Shown here piece after piece: positions 9,844-19,361 of a stretch of DNA of 49,378 nt (positions within the stretch are counted from its first letter, which is position 1; each line of letters opens with the position of its first letter). The DNA lies in NCBI GenBank assembly GCA_027340875.1, contig DAIENX010000043.1, forward strand, positions 1 through 49,378, read 5' to 3'. The notes below the pieces were generated by a model, which did no database searches, was not told where the DNA came from, and saw only the letters and a list, made by a program, of their open reading frames with translations. The translations under genes and the position numbers were made by a program. Origin of the DNA: Elusimicrobiota bacterium (GTDB lineage: Bacteria; Elusimicrobiota; Elusimicrobia; Elusimicrobiales; UBA9959).

Positions 9844-11972
9844 TAATATAACTCCAGCATCTGGCCGCCTATCTTCAGCCCCGAGACCCTGATGTTGTAG
9901 GGGTTTGACGTGTAGTCGCGGCTGAACGTGAAAAGTCTGAGCATGAACGGGGGGATCGTGACGGGCCCCAGCGAGAAGGCCAGCGGCCGCGCCTCGAAGA
10001 CGCCGCCGTCCCTGACGGCCAGGGCGAAGGCGGCGAACAGCGGCCTGCCGCGAACGCTGCCGGTTATTTCGAGGTTCTCGCCGAGGTCCACCTTGACGTC
10101 CTCGATCATGGGGAGGCGTTCGGCGATGAAGCGCTCCACCGCGTAGGAGCTGATCTTCGCGGAGCGCAGCGCCACGCTGGAGGCGCCGGCAGGCACGAAG
10201 GGAGAGAGCTCGGCGGAAGCGGGCTTGAAGTCCTTCATCTCGAGGTTGAGGCCGTAGATGTCCCCGCCCAGCAGCTCCGCCGAAGGCGCGAACAGGGAGG
10301 CCTTGGCGTAGGAGCCCTTATCGGGATCGTAGCCGGAGAGCGACAGCGTGGCCTCGCCTATCCTCAGGCCGCCCAGGGCGATGTCGCGCACCGTGACGGC
10401 GCCGCCCGGCAGGGCCGCGCCGGCTGTGGAGCGGGCGTAGACCTCCGCGGAGGAGCCGTCGGCCAGCGGGACCAGGCCCGCGCGGGTGAACAGCCTGCCG
10501 AACCACGGGGCGGCCCGGAGCGAGGCGAAATCCTTCTCTCCGGGACCGGGCGCCGCGCCGGGGGCCGGGACCTTGTGCAGGATAGCGAAGGCGCAAGAGG
10601 GGCAGGCGGGCTCGTCGTAGAACTTTATGGCCGAGCCGGGGCCGGCCGCGTATGTCAGTGTGGCCGCGCCGAGGGCGGCGTCGCCGTAGACGGCGGCGAG
10701 CCCCCCTCCGGGCGGGGCGCTCTTCTTTATCAGCGACAGCGCCTCGGGCACACCCTGCGAGGAGGAGGCCGGCAGCGGCAGGCCGGCCAGCGGATAGCGC
10801 GCGCCGGCCGGGAACGGCGGCAGGAGCCCGCCCTGGTCGGCCAGCGAGAGCAGCAGCACGAAGGCGAAGAAGAACTTGCGCGCCTTGAGCGGCGTCATGA
10901 TGGCGACCGCCACCGCGAAGGAGAGCATGGCCGGGGCCAGCAGCTCGGGACGGGAGCCGCGCAGCCCCCAGGCGAGCACCAGGTAGGGCACCCAGAACCA
11001 GGCCGCCACTATCTTCTTGTTCTCGTAGGCCATGAAGACCGAGAAGTACAGCCAGGCGAGAGCGGCGGCGCCCATAGCGAACAGCGGCAGCCCGGCCGAG
11101 GCCGCGCCCAGCCTGAAATAGTGCAGGAAGCCGTTGTATTGGGCGCCCAGCGGCACCAGACCCGCGGCCACCGCCACGGCGGCAAAGACGTACCAGGGGA
11201 TGTTCAGCACGAGGCCGAAGAAGATGCCCTTGAACATCTCGTCGCGGGCGTTGGGATTGGCCAGCCCGGACATGATGTACGGCACCAGCGGCAGCACGTA
11301 GACCCAGAAGAGGCGGTGCGAGTAGAAGCCCAGGCTCAGGCAGAGCGCGAAGGCGAGGGACCACTTCGGGTGCGCGAGCTCCACCGAGCGGATGTAGCAG
11401 GCGTACAGGGCGGCGACGAAGGCCATCAGCGCCAGCTCCGGCGAGGGACGGCGCGCGGCCTCCTGCACGAAAGGCAGGGCCAGCGCGAAGGCCGCGCCGT
11501 ACCAGCCGGCCGCGTTGGGGCGGCTCTCGCGGACCGCGGCGAAGACGGACAGCGCGATCAGCAGCAGGAAGACCGAGTTGACCAGGACCAGCGCGAGGTT
11601 CAAGTCGGAGGTGATGAACTTGAACACCGGGATGAACGCCAGCGAGTACAGCGGCGGATTGAGCGTCAGGTCCGCGAGCTCCGGCCGGATCAGGGCGAAG
11701 AAGCCCTCGCTCTTGAAGTAGGCGGCGTAGCGCAGTATCTCGGCGAAGGCGGCGGCGTCGGCCCCGCCGAAGTAGCCCCCGCGCCGCATCGCCCACTGGG
11801 CCAGCAGCAGGACGCTGAAGAGCCAGATGGCGCCTACGACCAGCAGGCCGGTGGAGAGTTTTTCCCTCTGCGGCTGCAGCAGCTACTTCTCGAAGAAGAT
11901 GCTTTCCACGGCCATCCGGGTGGCCAGGAATTTCTTACGCCAGGGGGAGAGGTCTTCGTTCTCTTCGGACAT
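9843..11972 (-). pseudogene. GT-C/ArnT-like multi-pass membrane protein with soluble C-terminal domain; in-frame TAG at 11883-11885 (or shorter CDS from 11789)
   Basis: ATG 11972 sits 3 nt after the upstream gene stop. The frame reads MSEENEDL...FFEK-stop-LLQPQ...GAIWLFSVLLLAQWA and continues into ORF 9843..11789, which has a PPLY motif and many TM helices. Confidence 0.6.
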
Positions 11973-11975
11973 CGC

Positions 11976-12923
11976 TCATCTCCTCGTCTTCTTCTTGCGG
12001 GGTGCGGGGCCGCTGAGGGCGGCCAGCCGGGAACGGTAGAAAGAGGCGAACTTTGGCGACAGCTCGGCGGCCTTGTTATAGCAGGAGGCGGCGCCGGCCT
12101 TGTCGCCCATCGCGGCGTGGACGTCGCCCAGCAGGCCCTGCACCTGGAAGGAATCCGGCTTGAGCCCGGCGGCCTTTTCGGCGGCCTGGAGCGCGCCCTC
12201 GAAGTAGGCGGCCTTGTAGAGCGACAGCGCCAGCCAGTAGGCGTATACCGGGTCCTCGGTCTTGAGCTCGGCGGCCTTCGCGAAGTCCTGCGAGGCGCCG
12301 GCGTAGTCGTTCATGTGGTAGAGGTTCTTCCCCCTCTCAAAGCGGGCCAGCGCGGCCGCGGGGTTAAGCGCCAGCAGCGCGTCCAGGTCCGCCACGGCGG
12401 CCGGAAAGTTGGAGGCCTTGCGGGCGCAGAGCGCGCGGTGGTAATAGGCCATCTCGAACTTGGGGTTGAGCGAAAGGGCGCGGGAGAGGTCTGCGGTGGC
12501 GGAGCCGCAGTCGCCCAGCTTGTACTCGGCCAGACCGCGGTTCAGCAGCGCGTAGGCGTATTCCGGCTTCGCCTCCAGCGCGTCGGAGAAGAGCTTCACG
12601 GCCTCCGGGTAGCTGCCGCCGTCCATCAGCATGGCGCCCAGGTTGTTGTAGGCCGGCAGATAGGAGGGGTCCAGCTCTATCGCCTTCCTGTAGTCCAGCC
12701 CGGCCTTCTGCCTGTCGCCCATGCGCTCGAACAGCAGGCCGCGCGAGACCAGCGCCTCCGGGAAGCGTTTCTTCAGCAGCAGCGCCTTGTTGTAGTTCTC
12801 CAGCGCTTCTGGCTCGTTGCCCGCGCCCTGCAGATAATTGCCCCTGCCGAAATAGTACTCCGGCGAGCGGTTGCAGCCGGCCAGCGCCGCCGCGGCTAGC
12901 GCGGCCAGGATGATCTTTTTCAT
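11976..12923 (-). CDS. Tetratricopeptide-repeat lipoprotein
   Basis: Lipobox LAGC followed by about 8 TPR units (AYNNLG, ALLNRG, AYYHRA). Confidence 0.9.
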   Translation of the reverse strand: MKKIILAALAAAALAGCNRSPEYYFGRGNYLQGAGNEPEALENYNKALLLKKRFPEALVSRGLLFERMGDRQKAGLDYRKAIELDPSYLPAYNNLGAMLMDGGSYPEAVKLFSDALEAKPEYAYALLNRGLAEYKLGDCGSATADLSRALSLNPKFEMAYYHRALCARKASNFPAAVADLDALLALNPAAALARFERGKNLYHMNDYAGASQDFAKAAELKTEDPVYAYWLALSLYKAAYFEGALQAAEKAAGLKPDSFQVQGLLGDVHAAMGDKAGAASCYNKAAELSPKFASFYRSRLAALSGPAPRKKKTRR

Positions 12924-13372
12924 ACCTGTGTTTCCCCCTTTTTGTCCTTAATGCCCACCGCCATCAGGAACGCCCCTACGGTAATGCCGCTGTCGGCCAC
13001 GTTGAACACGGCCGGGAAGAAAGAGAAGTCGAAGAAGTCGACCACGTGCCCGTAGGCGATGCGGTCGTACAGGTTGCCGAGCGCGCCGCCCAGCACCAGC
13101 GCCAGGCCCGCGGCGGCCAGCGCGCCGTTGGCCTCTATGCGGCGGCGCAGGTACAGCAGCACGGCCACCAGCGCCGCGCTGAAGACCAGGAAGAACAGGT
13201 TGCTGTCCTTGAACATGCCGAAGGCGACGCCGGTGTTCTCGGCGTAGGTGAGGTGGAAGAACGGCAGCACGGCGACGGAGCGGCCGTAGAGCGCCCTGAG
13301 GGCCCAGGCCTTGGCCGCCCTGTCCGCGAGGAACAGGACGAGCACGGTGGCAGGCATGGCCAGCTTCCTCAT
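12920..13372 (-). CDS. lspA: Lipoprotein signal peptidase
   Basis: NTGVAFG, GGALGNLYDR, VVDF and FNVADSGI motifs; directly downstream of ileS, with ATG overlapping the ileS stop. Confidence 0.95.
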   Translation of the reverse strand: MRKLAMPATVLVLFLADRAAKAWALRALYGRSVAVLPFFHLTYAENTGVAFGMFKDSNLFFLVFSAALVAVLLYLRRRIEANGALAAAGLALVLGGALGNLYDRIAYGHVVDFFDFSFFPAVFNVADSGITVGAFLMAVGIKDKKGETQV

Positions 13373-16194
13373 CCGAGGGCCGCGTCCTCCATGGCCTTCG
13401 CGCAGCGGCCGCAGACCCCGGCGTGCCGGGCGTCGGAGCCGATGTCCTTGCGCCACTGCCAGCAGCGGGGGCACTTGGCGCCGTCGGCCTTGAAGACCTT
13501 CACTTCCAGCTCCGGGGCGGCCCCGTCGAACTCGACGGCGGCGTCGGAAACTATAGCCACCTGAGGCAGTACAGGGAGGGCGGACTCGAGCAGCGCGCGG
13601 GTCTCCGTCTTGGAGGTGCGCAGGACTATGCGCGCCTCGAGGGAGGAGCCGACCTCGCCGGCCTGGCGCTTCTCCTCGATGGCCTTCGTCACCGCCTCGC
13701 GCACGGCCATCAGTTTCTCCCAGCGCTCGAGCAGGGCCTGGTCGGCCCAGGCGGCGGGGAGTTCCTGGAAGTCCGCGAGGAAGATGCTCTCCTCGAGCGA
13801 AGGCTCTATCTCGGCCTTCGCCGTCCGCCACGCCTCCTCGGCGGTGAACGACAGCACCGGGGCTATCAGCTTCGTGACGGTCATCAGGATGTCGTGCAGC
13901 ACGGTCTGGGCGCTGCGGCGCTCCGGCGAGTTCAGGCTGAGCGTGTAGAGCCTGTCCTTCAGCGAGTCCAGGTAGAAGGCCGAGAGGTCCAGGATGCAGA
14001 AGTCGGCCACCGCGCGAATGGCCTGGCGGAACTGGTGGTTCTCGTAATGCTTCCGCGCCGCGGCGGCCATGACGGCCAAGCGCGCGCGCATGTAGCGGTC
14101 GGTCTCCGTCAGTTTGTCGTCGGGCAGGCGGTGCTTGGCCGGCTTGAAGTCGGCGAGATTCCCCAGCAGGTAGCGCAGCGTGTTGCGGATCTTGCGGTAG
14201 GTGTCTATGGGGCCGGAGAGGAGCTTCTCGGAGATCCTCACGTCCTCGGAGTAGTCGCACAGGGCGGCCCACAGGCGCAGGATGTCCGCGCCGTACTTGG
14301 AGACCAGGTCCTGCGGTGAGACGGCGTTGCCGGCCGACTTGTGCATGGCGTAGCCCTTCTCGTCGAGGATCATGCCGTGCGTCAGCACGGACCTGTACGG
14401 CGGGCGGCCGTTGAGCGCCACCGACGGGATCAGCGAGGTCTGGAACCAGCCGCGGTGCTGGTCCGACCCCTCCAGGTAGAGGTCCGTGGGCAGGAAGTCC
14501 CCGGGGCCCAGCATGCCGTTCTTGACGACGGCGTACCAGCTGACCCCGGAGTCCAGCCAGACGTCCATGATGTCCTTCTCCTTGGCGAAGGACGCGGCGC
14601 CGCAGGAGCACTTCGCGCCGGGCGGCAGCAGCTTCTCCACCGGCTCGGAGAACCAGAAATCGCTGCCCTCGCTGAAGACGCGCTGCTCCATCCTCTTCAG
14701 GAACTCGGAATCCTCGTGCACCTTGCCGCATTCCTTGCAGTAGACCGCGAGTATCGGCGTGCCCCAGTCGCGCTGGCGCGAGAGGCACCAGTCGGGACGG
14801 GTCTTCAGCATGCCGAGCATGCGCTCGCGGCCGGAGGCGGGCAGCCAGCGCACTTCCTCGGCGGCGGCCTTGATGAGCTTTTCGCGCAGGCCGTCCAGGT
14901 CCACCTTCAGGAACCACTGCTCGGTGGCGCGGAAGATGACCGGATGATGGCAGCGCCAGCAGTGCGGGTAGCTGTGCTCTATCTTCTTCTGGGCCAGCAG
15001 CAGGCCGTCGGTCCTTAGGGTGTCCATCACCTTGTCGTTGGACTCGAAGACGCTCATGCCCTCGAAGATGCCGGCGTCCGCGTTGAACCGGCCGTCCTCC
15101 TTGACGGGGCAGAAGATGTCGATGCCGTGCTTCTTGCCGGCGTGGAAGTCCTCCTCGCCGTGGCCGGGGGCTATGTGCACTATGCCGGTGCCGGTGGACA
15201 TGTCGACGAAGTCGGTGGAGATGACCTGGCGCGCGAAGCGCCTGCTCTCGGGGAGATGCGGCGCGAGGCAGTGGGAATACTTCAGGCCCACGAGCTTCTC
15301 ACCGGGTATCAGCGCGCCCTTCTGCGCCTCGAGGCCAGCGGCCTCGAGGAAGCCGTCGGCCAGCTTGTCGGCTACGATCAGGAACTGCCCGCCGGTCTCC
15401 AGCACGCGGTACTGCTCGTCCTTCGCCACGGCGGCGGCCATGTTGGACGGCAGCGTCCAGGGGGTGGTGGTCCAGATGACTATCGAGGAGCGGTTCTTGC
15501 CCACCGCCTCCAGCGCCTCCGGCAGGGTCTGCAGCGGGAAGCGGACGAAGATGGACGGCGAGACCTTCGTCTTGTACTCCACCTCGGCGTCGGCGAGCGC
15601 GGTCTCGCAGGTGACGCACCAGTAGATCGTCTTCTTGTCGCGGTGGATGTGGCCTTTCTCCAGCAGTTCGCGGAAGGCCTTTATCACCGTGCCCTCGTAA
15701 TCGTTGGACATCGTTATGTACGGCTTGTCCCAGCCGCCCAGCACGCCGAGGCGCTTGAACTCCTCGCGCTGTATGTCTATGAAGCGGGCGGCGAACTCCC
15801 GCGCCTTGCGGCGGAAGGCGGGCACGTCGTCGATATGGCGCTTGCCCATCTTCATTTCCTTGAGCAGCGCCTGCTCTATCGGCAGGCCGTGGCAGTCCCA
15901 GCCCGGCACGTAGGGGGTATAGCGCCCCATCATCGCGTGCGACTTGACCACCATGTCCTTGAGGATCTTGTTGAGGGCGTGGCCGATGTGGATGTGGCCG
16001 TTGGCGTAGGGGGGCCCGTCGTGCAGGACGTACGGGGCGGCGCCGCGGCGCTTCTCCAGCATCTTCCCGTACAGGTCCATCTTGTACCAGGATTCCAGGA
16101 TGCCGGGCTCCTTCCTGGCCAGGTCCCCCTTCATGGAGAACGAGGTCTTAGGCAGGAATACCGTCTTGGAATAGTCCGTGTTCTGCGTGGTCAT
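13369..16194 (-). CDS. ileS: Isoleucine--tRNA ligase
   Basis: DGPPYANG, HIGH, GWDCHGLPIE, WTTTPWT, EGSDQHRGWF, AMHKS (KMSKS variant) and C-terminal CPRCW...CGRC zinc finger. Confidence 0.98.
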   Translation of the reverse strand: MTTQNTDYSKTVFLPKTSFSMKGDLARKEPGILESWYKMDLYGKMLEKRRGAAPYVLHDGPPYANGHIHIGHALNKILKDMVVKSHAMMGRYTPYVPGWDCHGLPIEQALLKEMKMGKRHIDDVPAFRRKAREFAARFIDIQREEFKRLGVLGGWDKPYITMSNDYEGTVIKAFRELLEKGHIHRDKKTIYWCVTCETALADAEVEYKTKVSPSIFVRFPLQTLPEALEAVGKNRSSIVIWTTTPWTLPSNMAAAVAKDEQYRVLETGGQFLIVADKLADGFLEAAGLEAQKGALIPGEKLVGLKYSHCLAPHLPESRRFARQVISTDFVDMSTGTGIVHIAPGHGEEDFHAGKKHGIDIFCPVKEDGRFNADAGIFEGMSVFESNDKVMDTLRTDGLLLAQKKIEHSYPHCWRCHHPVIFRATEQWFLKVDLDGLREKLIKAAAEEVRWLPASGRERMLGMLKTRPDWCLSRQRDWGTPILAVYCKECGKVHEDSEFLKRMEQRVFSEGSDFWFSEPVEKLLPPGAKCSCGAASFAKEKDIMDVWLDSGVSWYAVVKNGMLGPGDFLPTDLYLEGSDQHRGWFQTSLIPSVALNGRPPYRSVLTHGMILDEKGYAMHKSAGNAVSPQDLVSKYGADILRLWAALCDYSEDVRISEKLLSGPIDTYRKIRNTLRYLLGNLADFKPAKHRLPDDKLTETDRYMRARLAVMAAAARKHYENHQFRQAIRAVADFCILDLSAFYLDSLKDRLYTLSLNSPERRSAQTVLHDILMTVTKLIAPVLSFTAEEAWRTAKAEIEPSLEESIFLADFQELPAAWADQALLERWEKLMAVREAVTKAIEEKRQAGEVGSSLEARIVLRTSKTETRALLESALPVLPQVAIVSDAAVEFDGAAPELEVKVFKADGAKCPRCWQWRKDIGSDARHAGVCGRCAKAMEDAALG

Positions 16195-16263
16195 CGTATG
16201 TCGTCCTTTATAAAAACTATTTTTAATTATACAAAAATAGCGGGGATACCCCGCCCCCAGCCC

Positions 16264-16294
16264 CCCGTAAAAGGTACCAGGTACCTTTTACGGG
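16264..16294. repeat. REP-like palindrome upstream of Y1 transposase
   Basis: CCCGTAAAAGGTACC-A-GGTACCTTTTACGGG, perfect 15-bp arms. Confidence 0.9.
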
Positions 16295-16319
16295 TATTTT
16301 TTGTGGTACAATTTTCGCT

Positions 16320-16961
16320 ATGCCAAGAGGCCAGAGGATCTTTTTCGAGAACGCCCATTATCACATAATGGACCGCGGCAACGACCGTGGGACGATCTTT
16401 TCGGACCGTGGGGACAGGGAATACTATTTAGGGTTATTGGCGGATCTCAAGAAGGACTTCGGGGTGTTGCTGCCGGCTTACTCCCTGATGACGAACCACG
16501 TCCACCTCTACATTGTCACCCCCCGCGCGAACCTCGCCGAAGCGATGCACGCTCTCAACAAGGGGTATTCGCAGTATTTCAACAGGAAGCACGCCAAACA
16601 TGGCCACCTGTTCGGCGACCGCTACAAGTACAAGGTCATACAGAGCGACATCTATTCATTAGCGCTGGCGCGATACATTCACCTCAACCCGGTGAAGGCT
16701 GGGCTTGCGACAAAGGCAGAAGACTACGAATGGTCCAGCGCCGCGCAATATCTGGACAGAAAATCCGGACTTGCAGATCCGGGAATCGTACTGGACCCGC
16801 TTTCCGAACGGCGCGAGGACGCTATTGCTATATATATAGCGTTCATGTCCGAACCGCCTGAAAGACTGACGAAGAAGTTCTGGGGGAACTTCGACAAGCA
16901 GCGCAACATGGTCCTTGGCGACCCGGAATTCAAGAAGATCCACTCCCCCCACGGAGATTAA
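16320..16961 (+). mobile_element. Y1 HUH transposase, REP-associated tyrosine transposase (RAYT)-like
   Basis: MPR...YHIMDRGN, MTNHVHL (HUH), GHLFGDRY, YIHLNPVKAG (catalytic Tyr) and YEWSS; flanked by palindromic repeats. Confidence 0.88.
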
Positions 16962-17026
16962 AAAGGTACCTGGTACCTTTTCAGGCGTGTTAAGGGTATT
17001 TAGCTAAAAGGTACCTGGTACCTTTT
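16961..17026. repeat. Two REP-like palindromes downstream of transposase
   Basis: AAAAGGTACC-T-GGTACCTTTT at 16961-16981 and 17006-17026; the central base is complementary to that of the upstream copy. Confidence 0.9.
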
Positions 17027-17056
17027 GGGGTAACTGGCGGCAGCGACCCCGCGGGG

Positions 17057-17749
17057 TCACTCTTTTTTTATGATGGAGATCTCGATGCGGCGGTTCTTCG
17101 CGCGGCCGTCGGCAGCGGAATTGTCGGCGATCGGCCGGTTATCGCCGTAGCCTATGCCGGCGAGCTGTTTCGACGGGATGCCCTGTCCTTCCATGAACCG
17201 CAGCACGCCGTAGGCGCGGGCCATCGAAAGCTCCCAGTTGGTGGAATATCTGCCCCTTCTTATCGGCACGTTGTCGGTGTGCCCCTCGATGACGATGTCG
17301 TTGGGGACCTTCTTCAGCTCTTCGGCTATCGGAGCCAGCACCTGCCTGGCATGCTCCTTAAGGTCGGCGTCGCCGGAGGCGAAAAGCACGCCTTCCGGCA
17401 GCACCAGCTTCATCTTGTGCTCGTTGGATTGTATCTGCACCAGATCGGCCATGTCGTCCGTTCCCATGGTCTTCTTGAGATTATCCTCCACCTGGGACTC
17501 CTGCTCCTGGGCCTTGGCCCGCTCTATCCGCTGAGAGTCCTCCTTCCCCCCGAACGCCTTTTGAATGTTCCCCAGGGATTCCTCATACTTGCGGCTCTTG
17601 GTCTTGTCCGTCCTCGCTATCGAAAAGGAAAAAAGGACGAGGAAGAATATCATCAGATAGCTCATCAGGTCGCCGTAGGTGACGGCCCACAGCGCCCCTT
17701 TGTTGAGCTGGTTCTCCACCTCGTCGCGTCTCTGCCTGTATACCGCCAT
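17057..17749 (-). CDS. motB: MotB-family stator subunit with OmpA-like peptidoglycan-binding domain
   Basis: WAVTYGDLMSYLMIFFLVL TM helix with the conserved Asp; EGHTDN, NWELSMARA and GRAKNRRIEI. Confidence 0.92.
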   Translation of the reverse strand: MAVYRQRRDEVENQLNKGALWAVTYGDLMSYLMIFFLVLFSFSIARTDKTKSRKYEESLGNIQKAFGGKEDSQRIERAKAQEQESQVEDNLKKTMGTDDMADLVQIQSNEHKMKLVLPEGVLFASGDADLKEHARQVLAPIAEELKKVPNDIVIEGHTDNVPIRRGRYSTNWELSMARAYGVLRFMEGQGIPSKQLAGIGYGDNRPIADNSAADGRAKNRRIEISIIKKE

Positions 17750-17832
17750 GTAGAACTCTCCTTACCCCGCGTTAGCGCGCTGCCCCTGCATCAGAGCTCC
17801 AGGGCCGCCGCCCGGACGGCCTGGCCGCATGA

Positions 17833-19350
17833 TCATTTTTCTCCGTTCTCATGCCTCAGCCTGGCAAGATCGGACACCAGCTGGGCTTTTTTTTCGGAGA
17901 TGATCGCGGCTTTTACCTCCAGCTGTTTCACCAGCCTGGCGGCGAACTCTACGTTCTTGCGCACTATCGCGCCGGAAACCCCGAGCAGCACCTCGAGATT
18001 GACACCCTTCAGCGCTTTCATCATGCCGTTGAGTTCCAACGCCAGCCCGGAGATAGCGGACTCCACGGCGGAGACCGCCGATGCGGCGTCGGATATCGCG
18101 GCCCGCCCGGAGGCGGAAGCCTTGAAGACGTTCATGGTCTCCTGCAGCTGCCCGGAAACGGAGGAGCGCAGCCGGGACTCGATCTCTCCCAGCCCGCGGG
18201 AGACCCGCTCGTCAGCGGCTTCGCCCGCCCTTGCTATGTCTCCGGAGAGCTTTTTCGCGCCCTCAGTCATCTCGCCGGAGAGCTTCTCCGCGCCCTCCTT
18301 GATGTCGCCGGAGAGCTTCTCCGCGGCGCCCAGGAATTCCCGCTGGACCTCGGAAACGCCCTGAAGCTGCGCGAGGATGGTCCTTGTGGCGGTATCGAGC
18401 CTTTCCCGGCCCTCCAGAGCGGCGGCGTCCACATGCTTCACGAGGCCTCCGGCCCGCTCCATGGCGTCGTCTATCGTCCTCCGCAGCTCGTCCCGGACAT
18501 CGGTCACCATCTCCTCCAGCCGTTCCTTGCCGGCGAAGGCGCTTATCCCCATCTCCTCGATCTTGGAGGACAGCGACTTCAGCCTGGAATCCACCGCGGC
18601 GGAAAGCTCTCCGATCCGGGATTCCAGCGCGCGGACCTGCCTGGGCGCGGAGGCGGCCTCGGCAGCCACGCTCTTCAAAGCCTCCTCCATGGCCCGGAAC
18701 CTCCCGGCCAGGGCCTCTTGCGCCGCGCCATGCGCCCGCAGCTTCTCCTGCAGTCTGGCATCCAGCACCTTAACCACCGCAGCGGCGATCTCCTCTGCCG
18801 AGACCTGCGGCGCCGGGGGAGGAGGCGGCTCCGGCGGCTTTTTGGAGGCCGCCGCGTACGCCTCCACCAGGCGTTTCTCCATCTCCTCCACCCTGGACCA
18901 GGCCTTCTGCAGCTGGTCATGCATCTGGCGGTCCAGCTCGGAGTACTTCTGCTGCTCCCTCACGACCTTCAGCAGTTCCTCTATCTCGCGCCTGGCGCCG
19001 GCCTTGGATTCCTCGATGTTCTTGGACTGGGCCGCACCCGCCAGCAGGAATTTCTCATGGAACTCCTTCAGCCGCGCCTCCATCTCAGAGATCTTGGACA
19101 GCACGGCAGGCGTCACCGGCGAAGGAGGCATGGCGGGAGGCGGGACCTGCGCGGAAAGCTTCTTCTCCAGCTGCCCGACGATATTGCGCTCCAGCGCTTC
19201 CATCTTCCGGTTAAGCGCGCTCAGCTGCTCGTCGGGGACCGCCGCCCTCGCCGGAGATGGGGGCGGGGCCGCTGGCGTCGGCTGCAGGGACTGATGGTCC
19301 TCGGAATGGAATAATCCGGAGAATAAAGAGCTTTTCTTAGTCGGTTCCAT
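17833..19350 (-). CDS. Cytoplasmic coiled-coil protein with proline-rich linkers (unknown function)
   Basis: GGAGG RBS before ATG 19350; E/K/L/A-rich helical sequence, three Pro-rich stretches, no signal peptide; sits between the rotor-like gene and motB. Confidence 0.75.
   Translation of the reverse strand: MEPTKKSSLFSGLFHSEDHQSLQPTPAAPPPSPARAAVPDEQLSALNRKMEALERNIVGQLEKKLSAQVPPPAMPPSPVTPAVLSKISEMEARLKEFHEKFLLAGAAQSKNIEESKAGARREIEELLKVVREQQKYSELDRQMHDQLQKAWSRVEEMEKRLVEAYAAASKKPPEPPPPPAPQVSAEEIAAAVVKVLDARLQEKLRAHGAAQEALAGRFRAMEEALKSVAAEAASAPRQVRALESRIGELSAAVDSRLKSLSSKIEEMGISAFAGKERLEEMVTDVRDELRRTIDDAMERAGGLVKHVDAAALEGRERLDTATRTILAQLQGVSEVQREFLGAAEKLSGDIKEGAEKLSGEMTEGAKKLSGDIARAGEAADERVSRGLGEIESRLRSSVSGQLQETMNVFKASASGRAAISDAASAVSAVESAISGLALELNGMMKALKGVNLEVLLGVSGAIVRKNVEFAARLVKQLEVKAAIISEKKAQLVSDLARLRHENGEK
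18242..18330. repeat. 33-bp tandem repeat (11-residue AEKLSGD/E units)
   Basis: CCGGAGAGCTT recurs at 18242, 18275 and 18308. Confidence 0.8.
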
Positions 19351-19361
19351 ATCGCCTCCCG

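Noticed and set aside
6816..11972. Genome-wide TAG reassignment
   Set aside because: Many genes end in TAG at their expected C-termini (queF, copA, motA, the CTD protein, several receivers).
4252..16368. Long opposite-strand or alternate-frame ORFs (4252..6306, 6312..9161, 10575..12899, 12920..14917 N-terminal part, 15127..16368)
   Set aside because: Shadows of high-GC coding genes with no recognisable motifs.
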